Assembly (NCBI RefSeq): GCF_001949145.1
Contig: NW_019091357.1
Span: forward strand, 124,001 to 188,000
Length of the DNA: 64,000 nt
Source of the DNA: Acanthaster planci
Lineage: Eukaryota
Reading direction: 5' to 3'
The notes beneath the pieces were generated by a model. That model made no database searches and was not told the DNA's origin. It saw nothing but the letters and a program-made list of their open reading frames with translations. Shown here piece by piece: positions 38,601-53,600 of the stretch (its first letter is position 1; every line of letters starts with the position of its first letter). The translations under genes were made by a program, and so were the position numbers.

Positions 38601-41600
38601 TTTCAGATTGGCACCACAAAAGTTGATTTCACTCTCTGATGGCACACATTATGTTCTAAATTTAGTACAAGCAGGTGTGACAAAAGTTCAATTGAAAGTT
38701 CATGAACCACGTCCACCCTTAACAAAGAGCCTGCAGAGCTCTTGGAATGTTAACAGTCGTGGTATTTGCTTAAGGCACAAACATGAACACATGGATTTTC
38801 TGGTAACTCTAAACAAAGATTTAGGTTTAAAGTATTGTTGACTGATAACAAATTTTGAAATGTGTTCATGGAGTTCTATATTCATCATGCTAGATACTTC
38901 TCAAAGTCTTTGACCTGAGGAATGAGTTACTGTCGGGAAATTACATTACATCAAAACTGATGAAATTTAATGCCAACTTTTGTATATGTCGTATTTTCAT
39001 TATTGTTTGTAACAGCCTTGAACATGTTAGAATGGTACATAATGCCCCTGCAGTTCAAATCACATCCTGATTTTTATGATGTCTCCATCCACCATACAGA
39101 TAGACCTGGATATAGCCTTGTTATCAGTTGAACATATGGCCAAATCTCTACCTGATAATTTTACCTGAAGGCACACCATATTGACAGTCCATTCCTCACG
39201 GGGAAACAAGGTTTTCCACAGTCACAGAGATTATGATAACCCAATCATACATGTAATTGCCATTAGTAGGGGAATTCCCTAGGGCTGGTCTCTAAGTGTC
39301 AGAAGCAATTACTTCTCTTCTGATCTTTGAAGAGGAAATATCAAGATTGACACTTGGAGCAAGCTACAAATACACGCATTACGATTTTAGACTGTGCTTG
39401 TGAGGTTGTCTGTATTTTACAAATCTTGCTCCTATCTTCCAGAAAGAAATGTTTTGTCTTAAAATTTAAAGTATTAGTCATTTTTACTTCCTCGGGGATT
39501 TTGTTTGTGGTTTTGAGTCTTTTCCACTGGCACACCATGGCTTTGAAGAATCCAAACCATTTCTTCTCCCTTATAACTGAAGAAGAAACAAACAATTTAA
39601 AGAAACAGCTAGGCTGAAGCAGAGTTTAGGAGAAAGGCAATACAAATATGTATTCCTAGCTTCCAGCTTCCCCAAACTCATTTTACAGTTGATGGAGGAA
39701 TAAAAAGCCAAAAAGGCCTCTCAAAATCTGTCAGTTATCTCACTCTAGGGCTACAAAAGAGGGGGGAAAAGCCAAGTCTTGTTTATGGATGTGCCAGTCA
39801 GATGTTCCAACTCCTTCCATCAACAATACTGTTCTTATGGGTCTGTATTGTGTATGAATGTTTAGGATGTCTGAATAAACTGCGCTGAATGTGGTTAACC
39901 ACACATGCCTCCGGCTCCATTGACTACTGAGACTATGCCCAGGCCAATTTATAGTTACTATGGGTTAAAAGGTTTAGGAACACCAGAGAACAAGGCTTGC
40001 TCTTAAGTTGATGATCTTCACGTGTTGAAGTACAGAGAAATAAACCCAGGGTTGGAGGTTGTAACCTTGCCTCTTGTACAAGTACATGTACAGTTCATGA
40101 ACAAGACATAAACGTTAAAAAAATTATTTGTGGCTTTAGATATTAGTTGAGAGGCGGGCTAGATGAAACTGTGTTGTTTATATGGGTAAAGGGTTGCAGT
40201 CAGACTGACTCCTGAAAAGCTGCAGGAGTTTTATGTCATGGTAAAAGAAAAAATAGACACCTTTAGCTTTCTTTCCATTGCATGAAGAACAAATTCTGAA
40301 ACATTTTTGAAGATTACATTGAAGAAACCTGTAATAATAATCTACATTTGAAATTAAGTATCTCTAATATTACGATATCTGCCAAATTTAATGCCTCTTA
40401 TTATGAGATTTTGACAGATGTAGGCTACCTACTCACCTTTAGTAAACAGGGATTTGATGTAGAGCTTAAGTGGAGTAAACTGCCACTGAAAAGATGAATT
40501 TAAATGTATGTATAAATGTGATCAACATGTACGAAATGAATGCCGTAGCAATCATTCAAAGAGGTTAAAGCAGAGCATTATTTAAACTGTCACCACTGTT
40601 TCTGTACTCTCAAGCACTTCCCTATTCATCTCTTGTGGAACAGCACTTGGGGTTCTGATACTCAGGTGGGCCTACAATCACTTTATTGCTCAGTTGATCA
40701 AGATTGAGTTTTTGGAAAATCCACAAAGAAAACTCCAACCCTCTCGGTTCTCCATGTTTGGTTCTCTTTGGGGAGTAAAATCAATAACCTAGGGTGGATG
40801 GAACACTTTAGTTGTCTTAAAGTCTCAGACAAAGCTGGAAATGATTCCCAGATAATGCAAACATTTATCCAGCCTGGCTTTGTAGATGGAACTCTCAATA
40901 GGGTGATAACAGTCTAGCTTTCCTGGACAGACCCACTTGTTTTCACTCCAAATCTGTGAAGAAACAAATCCCCCTGAGAATTGTGCTAGTTTCAGTATTG
41001 AGCCCTTGCCTTTTTTCCGAGCAGTCACGAAGAAGGTAAAACTTTGTCTCACTGTATGCAGGGGTAACATTGCATGTACTTCTTGTAGTTAACAAGCCTT
41101 CCCAACAATTCACTTGACTATTGGGGCATCTTTCTCCATAGCCACCACACTTTAACTGTTGTGATCTGTGTGATTTCACTCATCTTACATTCTCCATGTT
41201 CAAACCTCTGCATGCTTGTTTGGTTCACACTGATCAACATTGTCCCAATTTATAAACAAAAATGTGCCAGGTTTCACAGAGGTCTCCAGCCATAATGAGC
41301 CCTCAGGGGAATGGAATAACCCCTTTACACACCATTTCCTGTTCAAGTGCTGTGAAAATAGATCACCTTTTTGTTTGGACTTATTTGAGTAAAGCTTCTA
41401 AGAGCAATGTCCTTAGACAGCAAAGCTAATTGCTGGAGAAGAGAGGGAGAGAAGAAGGCAAACTGCTTTGCAGTGGCAGAATACCCAGCGATACATAGAT
41501 ACATGTACATACATGTACATGTACATGGTCTTAGCACAAAGGAGAGTCTGCTCTTGTTACTTATTGATTGTAGAGTGATTTTGGTTTGTATCTTCTGAAT

Positions 41601-44600
41601 TGTTTATATAGCGCTTTCAACTGATCAAATATGAGCTCATGACTTCAGTTCATCTTTTGTACTAGAAAAAAGTGATATTCATCTGGCAGCAAAATGTCCA
41701 GTATTTGTAACAATTTCTGCCTGTAGTTCAAACATGGAAGTATTCAAAATGAAAATATTCTCAGACTGAAGTATGGTCCACACATGTTATCAGTTATTAT
41801 GTGTTATAAAGAAGGGAATTGTTTTCACTGAAACTGAAAATGATGATCACATATCATGAATCAATCAGCACTTTTGGAAAGACTCACTTCTACATGTTTT
41901 TGGGAGGTCTTTAAGTATTTTTGCAGACCTTCAGATCACTTTCAAGACAACACACTACTGACTTACATGTAGCTACAAGAGGCTAGCCATAAATTTGCTT
42001 AGAATCATAGAATTTTCTGTTGATCCCAAATTTCATTTCATCTCTGGGCACAGTCGTCACAATTTGGATTCTTGCCAAGTACATAAAAAATTTTGGTTTC
42101 TTTTCTTTGATTGATGACAAAAAGAAAGCTTTGAGTGTTGACGTCAGGTAAAGAAGGATAAAAACCTCTGGCTTTTCAAAACATTCTAAAAAACACTCAG
42201 AAGAAGTATTTCAATCACGGTTTCTATTAAAGTTTTCTGTCCGGCTTTCAGGTGGACCACTTCCCAAAAGCCATGTTCCCATTTGTAGATTTGCAAAATT
42301 AAATCTAATGGGAGCGCGTGGTAAACTAACATCCCTGTCAACTTACCATGACCGTGATGTAAAACTGACTTGCCAAAAAGGGGTGCGGAAGATGCCAAGG
42401 TAATTTAGCAGAGGCACCAAAAAGTCCAATGGAAACAGTCCCCATACAATGTGTATTGACCGCGACCACGTTAAACCTACGAACAAGACTGCCGCAACAC
42501 AGAGATTGATAGCAGGCACGCGAAAATGGTTGTATGGTTCCCAGTCTCCTTGCATACAGTACAGCAGCATGCTGCACACACACAATTCTTTGTCCGATTT
42601 TGCCAATTTTGTTATGATTTATACAGGGCTGGCAATGTATTCAGCTTATCTTACACAGCAACTGAATATTCTGTTATGGTAAAAAAAGTCCATGTGGGAA
42701 TGCGGGATAGATTGACATGATTGAATGTCATGGAAAGATTCCACATGGCTGCAGAAGAAATAGGTCCAATAGAAACAGGCCAAAGTGAGCTTCTGTTGAA
42801 ACTCCTTTCTCTATTTAGTACTTGCTAAAAGGAATGTTTGCTGAAAAAAATACACCTGTTTCATATCTTTGGCAAGACCACCCTGCAAAACAAAAATCCA
42901 TTAAAAAAATCACCATCCAATAAATGAGTGCAATCTAAACTGAACATAAAACACCCAGAGTCTTCAAATCCATCAACTCTACTTTCCAGCAGGTTTCAGT
43001 GCTACCAGTTCCAATGACTATTTGTAAACGACAAAAGTTGCTGTCTATACCAGGAAGTTTTCAAGTGTAAGGGTTGTTCGTCCATTCATCTATTCAAGGC
43101 ATCTCCTCTGGGAAGAGGAAATGGCCAGACAGAGAGCCCGAAAGTCTGAGTCAAGTACATTTTGTTTACCTGACTGAAAGGAAGCTGTTTTACTGAGGGA
43201 TTAGAGTTTAGTTTCTAATGGCCCAGAATTATGAATGGGTTCCTGTGTGTAAGCCTGGGGTGGATTAGATGATTTGTTTTGTTCAAGAAATACCTTACGC
43301 TCTTTTTTATTAATCTGTTTTGAGAGATTTTTTCCTCTGTTATCTGCCCTTTAAAATGTTTTGTTAGTGTGGGATAGTTTTGGGCCTTTTAGTGATTTCT
43401 ACAAAGTAAAAGGAATGAACTATAATGCAATCAGATAAGTCATAAACCTTTTTAATGGTAATTTGGAGCATTGCCTTGGTATGTAAAACATAGTGTATAA
43501 ATTAGCAATCATAATAATTTTCCTACGAGGGATAACTTAAATTTTGCACCTGCATTTTACATCTGGTAACCTAGTTTGATAACCGTTAGGGGCGCTCTGC
43601 TGATGTGGCAGTTAATTTCTCAGCGCTGACTAATCATGCAGGTTCCCCACACTTTTTGTTTGTATTTAGATTTCTTTTCTTTACTCAATCACTGCATGAT
43701 ACCAGAATATATAGGGAATGATCTAATAAAAATAATCTCTCCATGTGGGTTGGAGTATCAGTGGAGAATACTTGGGAAACTAATGGAGATGACTTTTTTG
43801 GTCTCTTTTCTCGCAGGTCTCTTTCCACACATCTTCAATCTTGCCACCAGAGCTCGCATCACCACTAATGCTACCTGTGGGGAGAGAGAACCTGAGATGT
43901 ATTGCCGACTGGTGGAGCATGTCCCTATGGGTGAGATGCAGATGGAACCCTCCCATGCCCAATGTCAGATCTGTTACCTGTACAGCACTGACCCTAACCA
44001 TAGACACCCCATCTACAATGCCATTGATGGGACTAACTCCTGGTGGCAGAGCCCCACATTAGCAAATGGGAAACAACCACTGGGTTACCATCACCCTGGA
44101 TCTACAACAGGTGAATCAGAGGTTAATGAATTGTAAAGATTTTGACAATAGAACATGGTTGAGCTTAAATTATCTAACAAACAGCCAACCTTGGCTAATG
44201 CATATCAGTTGCTTAAAGACATGTAGATGGATACAATAACAAAGCAATGGAAAATCAGAAATCATAAAATCAGAATGAAGATAAAAGAAATACTTCCACA
44301 CTTGTACACCTGTTACAGAATGTTCTTTTTTGTCATATGACAGAGTAGACTTTCCTTTGACTAATGTAGTAACAAGATAAAAGTATTGTATCCTAATACA
44401 CGCATATTTCCAATTGATACAACGTTATTTCACATTCCATGACAATATTTAATGTGCTAGTTTACAGCTTGTAGTGCGATTTGAAATGCTCACATTAACA
44501 GAAGACAGACCCACAGCTGCCAAAGCCTGGAATTATTTATTCAAAAGTCTTTAAATAAGGCAAATAAAATTTCCTCAAAGGGCAGACTCAGTTTATTCCT

Positions 44601-47600
44601 GCTGTCATCAGCTTTGTAGTGTGTTTAGGTGAAATAGCGGGTGATTTATCCCTTGAGAGAGATTTGTAGCCCAAACTTTCACCCATCGGTTTTTTTAAGA
44701 CAAGCATCCATCTGCGTGAGTCTGTCTGTTTGTCTGCCCTTATTTGTGTCCTACTGTTTGTCCTTTTCACCCAGCATTTGCACAAGTGTGTTGGTTTATT
44801 TTCCTTGTCAATTTTGTGTGTGTTGAGCTTCAAAGAAAATTTTTGAATCAGAATTTTCCATAGAAGAAAGCCTGTGCAAGCCTGCAGTTATTTCTGTTAT
44901 GATGTTGGACTTGGAATCATTGTATTATCCCTTTTTTGTGGCATATTTAGTATGATTTTTATGCAGGATAACACAATGTTGTTTGGTTAATTTTCTCTTT
45001 AACAGTTCTGGAAGTTTCATCCATCCACATATTTGGAGCGAGCTTAGCTTTTAAACTAATGTTTTCCTTAACTTTTTTTCTTAAAAAAGCCATTTAACAA
45101 AATGAAACATTCCCTATGCCTCTCAATCAAACTCTACCCATGCTCAACAGCCGTATGTGTTCACAGAAAGAAAGCATTTGTCCTGCCTGCCAAATAAGCT
45201 ATCAGTCAAGTACTGACTGCTTGAAATATAGGCCACACATATGTGGTCTTCATTGCTAGCATTCCAAGATGATAAAACAGTGTCTGGAATTTGCTTGAAT
45301 TCTCTGATATAAACATGCTTTTTAATTTGTTCCTTTACAGCATGTGTAGATCCCATGCTTCTGTCATAAAAATTATTTTGATGGTAGTCTCCACATTCTT
45401 GGTTGATTTATTTTCCTGTCTGATATATATGCAATTTTGACGTCTGGTATTTGATTAACAAGAAAAGGTAACATAAAAATACTATTAAGTTTCATGTAGA
45501 AACGTTGAAATATATTTTCAAAAGAAACATTTAGCAGAAGCATAGTTATAACAAAGGGTAAGAAAAATAATTCATACACAAAAACCTTCTTGCAATTATT
45601 ATTGGGGGAAAATCCAAGGGAAACTATCGGATGCATGGAAAATTTAGTCTGAAGAGGCCTCCCTCCACCATCAGCCATGTGTGTACTTTTATGGGTTGGC
45701 CTAGGTTCATGTTAAGAGCATGGGAACACTGACAAATTTGACTAGGCTGGTTCTGTTCAAAACCTTGCCTGGATGTGGATCAGAAGGGTGTACCCCAAGG
45801 GTACAGTAACCCAGATTGCATAGGCCAATCACCTTTGGCATTTCCTTATATTATGCCTCCATGATTTTAAGAATTCATTCATTTTTTAGCTAATATTCTG
45901 AAATATAAATGTGTCACATTTTGCATCAGCCCTCTAAAATCTTAAAAGACTTTAGTTCAATTAGTAGCTAGTAAGATTTATTGAATCAGAGTGAACTTGA
46001 AGAATTCAAACCTCCATATATAGACACTGAAATTCTTGTGGTCTTGTATATTTACAAAAAGGAAACCCATCATTAAATGACTTCATTCCCTTTATTTGTT
46101 CAGTTATACTGGTTTTATAATACTGGCAGAGTGTCCCTCAGTCCATGCATGTTATGAATTGAAAAAGGAAGATTCACCTTTTTCTCAAATGAAAATGAAA
46201 TTCTTAAGGAAACTTCAGATGGAGTGGAGCTCTTACGGTAATGCTTTAGATCAGGGCATACAAATTCAAATTAAAGAATTCCTTTTTTGTGTGTAAAATA
46301 AACAGTGAGTAGTCTATGCAGTGCACTTTTGTGTGGTTCTTCAGCCTGATTCAGGGTCATTAGGAAAATTGAATTTATTGTATTTGTTCAGATTGAAAAT
46401 CTCTGTATAATTAGGTTCTCGGTTACAATACAGATGGAGAGGGAATTGCTTCACACTGAAATCTATGAAAGTGAAAGAATCACATTTCTTTTTCAGTAAG
46501 AAATTTTGATAGTGTATTGTATTTAAGAGAAAGGTTTTCAATTTGCAAGAACTAGTCCTTCAAACCTCAACCATGTTTATACACACCTGTTATTCCTTCT
46601 CACACTTGACAAATCTCGAGGGTTGACGCAGGGTTGAAAACTGGTGACGATTCACACTTAAAAATTTTCAACCCCGCGCCAACCCTGTATCAACCCCAAG
46701 ATTGATTTTAACCTGGGTTGAACTCAACCCTGCTCTGGACCCGGGTTGAGAATTTTTAATCTAGGTTGAAAAGTGTTGTTCTCATTTCCAGGTTGAACTT
46801 ACCCCGATAAGCTTTGTTCGCACAAAGCAAGTGTGAAATAATACCAGGTTGAATGTGGGGTTGAAAATCACATTTTCAGGACGGTCATGGGTTCGCCCAG
46901 GGTTGAGTTCAAGCCGGGTTGAGAGCTGTAGTGTGAAGAGGCCTTTATAAAGGCTTGTTGATGTGATTCACTGTAATATAGGTATTGTTTTCATAAATTT
47001 ATTTCCAGGACTGAGAATACAGGTGTTGGAAATCAGAATAGGTTTGCCCATTTCCTGCACAGTGTGAAATTTCCAAAGCAGAGAAAATGATGATCAACCA
47101 TACACAGGATGGTAGTTTTGCAGGACTACCTGTGTAAATACTGCTTCAGTTGATTTTCTTTGCTCAACAAAAAATTGGTTTTAAGTTTATGTCAACTTCG
47201 TCAGAAGTGCAGATGTGATCTGTTTAATCTCATATTGCTGCCTGCAATTTTCTCCACTACTCCCAGGAGTGGTAAAGCCAATTTTCCAATGATGCCCCGA
47301 AAATTCGGAAGCATTTTTTTCCAGCTTTAACCTGGGGGTATTTATGGATCCTATTCGATTGAATTCTGCTGGAGATTTAGCTGCTCTTATGCTTCCATGA
47401 TTTCCTTACTCTTGAATGGCCAAGTGTACTGCAGTGCCAAGAAAGGTGAAAAGTTCAGTTTCCTATCAGAGTTGGTCTTGGATTTACTGGTGTCTGTGTC
47501 ACCAAACCTAATCTACCATAAGTTTTGGTTTGGTGCAGGTGAAGCCAATCATTCAAACTTTAATAGGCATATGGTAGGTTGTTCTCCCTACAATTTCCAA

Positions 47601-50600
47601 AGCTCTGTTCCAAACTAACAGAATTCCACATGAAACTAAACAGTTGTAGCTAGTAACGGGTATCACTTCAGGAGCAGAATCTTTGAAATGAATATGCAGG
47701 TGGTAAACAGTCCTCTGGGCTCTCCTTAGGAGTTTTGTCTTCCCTCCCTGCCTCATTCAAGCTTTTATAAGAAGGAACAACCTTACATTTAAATTACCAA
47801 GTTTGCTATAAGAATATTTTCACCATTTAGTTAATCCAAAACAAAATGTGAGAAACCTCTTCTGTCGTATCAATTCCAGGACACATGTACATTTCAACTT
47901 GAACTTTTGTGACAAGATTTAACCATATCTAGCAACAGGCAAATGGTTTAAATGTATCATGTTTCTAATCAGTGTTTTGCCAGTAGTGTTCAGATATTGT
48001 ACTTTAGAAACGGAAGCTTAGAGGGAATAGAAAGTTAAGCAGATTTGCAGATTTTAGTTCGAGTGGATATTGTGCTGTAAGTTGGGTATCACTTACATAT
48101 AGTCCAAGTGGAATTTTCATATGCTTTGGGGTAGATCGTAATACAAATTCTCCAGTTAGTTTCCATTTTCATTGAGGGGGTGATTGTCTTGTGCTGTTTC
48201 TCTGATACTGGAAGACTGTGTGTGTTCTCTTTATTTTACTTTGTTAAAACTGATGGAGTAAAGAAACTGCTATGCATGTATTATTTAAGGTATCCCAAAT
48301 AGCACAGAGTATTAACATTTCATGAGGTCCACTCCTTTTTTGGCAAAGCTTGTACCAAGGGACAATGCTACTCATTAAGAAATGTTTTGTTTGGTATCTT
48401 TCTTTCTGTAATGTTCCACACTTCTGGACACTTTCTTTATGTCCAGAGAACCAATGCAGATATTTTCAGAAATGCCACCTCTCTTCAAAAGCATACCTAC
48501 AGAAGGCAAAGCCCCCACTCAATCCTTCAAATGCCTGACTAATTTTCAGACACATTTACTTAAACCTGAAAATTGGCATGTTTTGCCAACTGTCCAATGT
48601 GGACAGTATTTTCTTGCCTTGCCCTGTGGCTGTCACTTTACACACCTGTAAAATGTGTGACAGGAGCTTAGATGGTGAGTAATTCTTATTTTTCAACAGT
48701 GGTATTGAAGACTGCACATTTGGGACTCTCATTCTCACTAGTGGCATTTACAGTCCTTCAAAATTTTACATGTAGGCTAGTCTGTAGTTCATCATTTTAA
48801 CCCAGCTCCTACCTGTCCTAAATGGAGTCACACAAGTTCAGTGGTATCAGATTTCATTGCTGTTTTTCACTTCACCAGTTGTCCATATTTATACAGGTGT
48901 TCTATTGTCAGAAATCATTTAATTAGTTTGAGCTTAATTTTTCTTCAGAGAAAATGCTTACAACCTCAGTAGGTGTCTTTCCGGGTTTACCATGTTGAAT
49001 AAGAAAAGAGGCTTTAGTAAACACTTTAGCCCTAGGCATTTGTTCCTCTTAGGTGTATTCAAAGCCATCCACAGATCAAAAGAGTGTCGGGAACAATTTT
49101 CAGTGTACGAAACTGCTTGCACATGCCCAGTGAGGCTGATAGTTATTTCCCATGATCATACTTCTCATATACCACAGGTGTCTCGTTATATTGTAGATGG
49201 TTGTCAATCATTAGTACAGCATGATTCACTGAATAACCCCCAAGCATTTCCAATAAGCCCCTCCAACCCCTGTCAGCAAAGTTCATTTATATGTCACAAT
49301 TTGAGACTTGAGAAGTACTGAATACATCTTAGCATATATCAGATTTTTAGGCCAACACATAAAAATGTCATTAAAACAGACTAAACAAAAAGCTTTTTAA
49401 TAGAATAGAATAAATATTTGGGTTAGCCTCATAAAAATTGGGATTAAAGTTGAGTTGGTGTATATTAAATAAAGTTGAGATTGACAGAGTATATAGTCAT
49501 ACATGTGGGTTCTTGTTCCAAAGATGACTTAAGAATTATTCAAAGAGGTACAAGTTACTTGTTATGATTCTGCACATTTTATGCGGAAACCGTCGATTTA
49601 ATGCACCACTGCAGACTTCTCACTCTGTTGGCTGTGAGCATTTAAGGGGAATGCTTTCAACAGTCAAATTTGTGTCCCATGTTTGTCTACATATCACCCA
49701 CCCTTCATTTATACACCTGAATTGATTATGCCATATACTGACAGATCTACTCATGGAAACATTCCCATGGTAACATTCCCAGGTGTACTTGAGTAAGAAA
49801 GACAACACGTCAGTTGTCTGGCAGAGTCATACATCCAATTCTTTTTGTAAGCTTTGGAGGTAGATTTCCCCTTGTACCACCAATAGTACTGTTCAGAGTC
49901 AAGACTTTCCAAGATTATCAAATGGTCAATTGGGAGATACTATGACATTTTGAAAACCTATAGTGACTGCTTTCAACTCAGATTGACTTAGAAGACTGGA
50001 ATTTTCCATTATCAGATAAAATCTAGACAAAGTTTTTGAATTCCAAAGGATAGGGATAGGCAACAACTTAGCAACAGTGTTTGTTAAAAGAACCCAAACC
50101 TAATCTGCTGAACTTGGGTTAGATTATAAACCAGCCTTGTTTATAATGTTTTTAGGGAAATCCGATGAAATAAATGTCTTCCAGACATGGTATTCTGAAA
50201 GACATTGCTTGTGGCTAGGGTCAAATAAGTTAATTTTCAGCTTTTCAGATTTTACAACCAATATTTCATATCTGCTACCACTTCCTCTGAACAAACTCTG
50301 TCCTGTTTGGCCCCAGGCCACTGGTTTTGGTTTGGCTTGGCCTGGTGTTTGAATACCCCAGTGAAGTTTATTGACTCTCTTGGTCTGTTGATGAGATGTG
50401 ATGTCAAAACATATCACTTACTGCCTCCATAATTCAATGGTTGGTTGAGACAAGCCAGGACACAGGCCAAAGGCAGGGAGGGGCATGTGTCAATTGATGG
50501 AAGTTTTCCATCTACATCTCTCTCCATGTGATTTTAGAATTCTTGTCAAGATGGTCTCAGTGATTCAATAATTGACTTGAGTATTTAGTTTCTTCTCTGA

Positions 50601-53600
50601 GGGGTTTATCAAGGTGTGAGTAAACTCAACTTCTTTGATGTTGCAGGAGTTTTGTGTTAGACTGAATTTATTTTGAACGTGATGTAATGTAAGACAAAAT
50701 AATATTTTCACCCTTGAGCAGAATGTACATTTCATTTTATTCTCTTTACATTTCCACCAGACAAATGCAACAAACCTTTAGGTTCTTGTGAAAAAAGAGA
50801 ATTCCTTCATATGATACTAGTTGTAGTATGAAATATGTATCAGATGATATCAAGTAACAGACATAATTATGATGTCCTTATTAAAAAAGTTTTTTTGCAT
50901 TTGTATGAACTGTTACAATGAGAATACCAATTGACTGACATTAAAAATTCTCATAAATTAATCTAGTTGCTTCTTAGGATAAAGAGGAACAAATGTGGCA
51001 TTGAGTGTTCTATATCTTTCCCTGCACAAACAAATTCACCTACACCCCTGAGTAGCTCTGACTTTGCTTTTACATCTGTGGTTGTTTTCTTTACATTCTT
51101 AACTTATAGATCTTCAATGTAGCATATGTCATTGTCAAAGCTGCAAATGCCCCTCGACCAGGCAATTGGATCTTAGAACACTCAGTAGATGGTATCAACT
51201 TCCAACCTTGGCAATACTATGCTATGTCAGATCTAGAATGCCTGCGAACCTATGGGATTGCCCCAGCCATTGGAATGCATCGATTCCGTAGAGATGATGA
51301 GGTCATCTGCACGTCGTATTATTCACAGCTTGATCCACTTAGTAATGGGGAGATTCATACCTCTATTGTCAATGGCCGACCAAGTATACGAAATCCAAGT
51401 GAGACCCTTATGGTACGTAACAAGAGTGGAATAAACCGACATTTTATAAAATAAGCTCTGTTCAGTACTGGTCACATTTTGGTAATATTCAAAATGTTTG
51501 AAGTGTACTGGAAGTTGTCCATTTTATATGGACTCATTTTACATTGTACATAATGAACATTTTTTCTTTGCAAGACAAATTCTTTTCTCATTCTTTTGGA
51601 GGGGTGTTACTTGAGTTAAAAAGGTTAGGTTTTTAATGGGTGAAAATGGAAGAGAAAATTTCATTTTAGATCTTATTTTACATGTAAGCTGTGATATATT
51701 GCCATCAAGATGAACCTTAAGCAGTCACTCTGATTATCATAAACTCAATTCTCGTTGGAAAACTGTTGAAGATTTGTATTATGCCTTTATCCCTGCAGAA
51801 ATTCATGGCTGCAAGATTTGTGAGGTTACGATTTCAGAAGATTCGTACACTTCTGGGTGGACTCATGGCTTATGAAAATAATGGCTTCATTGATGAGAAT
51901 GTGAATAGACGGGTAGGCAATGCAATTGTTAATCTTCACATGGCCAAATCTTTTTCCTGCTGAGTTACATACATATATATAGTTACGATTGTATTTTAGC
52001 TCTTCAGTTTTGAAAAGCACATTGGGACAGTAATTTTCTATAAACAGTCATGAAAAATTAAATTTACACTTGGCAAAGAAATTATGCAAGTGTGAAGTTC
52101 TGACCTAGAGGATGCTGTAATGTACTGGTTCATTTCACAATTTTTGACTGCTATTTGCTGTTGTACCATTTCCAGTTCACCTTTTGGCACCATCTTCTGC
52201 TAGTTTGTTTATGTTTTCATCTTGTCACTGCAAGGGTCTTAGTACTTTTAGGTGCCAAGAGAGTTTTTTGCCTGATTGCCTGAATTGGGGGTTGCATGGG
52301 GTGTAGTTTAAGCACTTAGGAACACCCCATTGGGTTTTCACTTGATGGAATTGCACCAAGATAACGTCTGAACAATTGTGACAAGGTCGTTCAACCCTGT
52401 GCTAACTTGCAAGTAGCCTAAATGTCTGCTGACCCTTTCCAGAAAAACATGCCAGTAATCGGTATGGAAAACTGCTTATTTCCCCTTGAGAATTCTACTT
52501 TGTATTTGTAATGTGAAGTGTATAGGATAACATAAATTAAGGCTTGTAAATTGTCATGCTTGTTTAGTCAACTTCAAAGAACCAGAGCTATTTAGAAATC
52601 TGAGCCACAAGTTCTGAGCTAGGGTTCTGAACTAGGAAAGAAAGTGGGCAAGTGGGATTGAGTTGGAACTGACCACTTAAATTGTCCTTTGCTTTGCCCA
52701 GCAATTCAGGGTGTTAATGTTTTTAAAAAAGTTAAAATTATTCAAAATGTATTTTAAACCTCAAACTGCAGAGTAGGCTTGAAATAATGCACATAACGTT
52801 CTAAAGGTCAGAGTTTCATTACTTTACTGTTCAGTGGGTGCTAGACAACTCATTGTGCAGTGTATATCAAGTCACTTTACTTTTAGTTGCAAGTACTGTT
52901 TGAATAACCAAGACTCCTGTGTTGTTGCTTTTTGGTTGGGGTAGTATTTCTACTCCATTAAGGATATCTCTATTGGAGGACAGTGCATATGCTTTGGTCA
53001 TGCCCGCACTTGCATACAACACCCAGATGCAGGACCTGGTCAGCCTGTAAGTGACATAACATGAATAACAGGTTTCTATGAATGAATTGGTTGTTAATTT
53101 AAAAGCAAATAACCCCTTTGACTGTTAGAAATATTGTGGAGGAAGCATTGTTAAGGCACCAGAAATGTTTGATTACTGTAGAAGACACTGCTACAGTGTT
53201 TCATCAAACTGTATGGGATAAAGAAATCTTTTCCTTTTTGAGAGGTTGTGCTTTATTTCTACATTAGTTTTTTTACAATATAATGAAGACAGTTTGGTCA
53301 ATTAAAACTCATATAAAAACTCGTATGAAAACTCTCTCAGCCTCACTCCGTTGCTTTGAACCAACTTGGGTCTTTTTTTTTTCATCAGGTGCTGAAGTGT
53401 GTCTGTGAGCATAACACTTGTGGTGAAAGCTGTAATGAATGCTGTCCAGGATTTATCCAGAAGGTATGGAGGCCAGGGAGTAGAGACCAGAGCAACGAGT
53501 GCGAACGTAAGCAGTTCAGGACAATACATTAAAAACCCAGCAAAGTTCATTTTAATGCACTTAAATTCTGCTTAGCTTTGTGCAATTCTGTCTCCAAGTA

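Noticed and set aside
21155..43600. Many 60-130 aa ORFs in laminin intron 1 as possible nested genes
   Set aside because: No recognisable domains or splice-consistent chains; consistent with chance ORFs.
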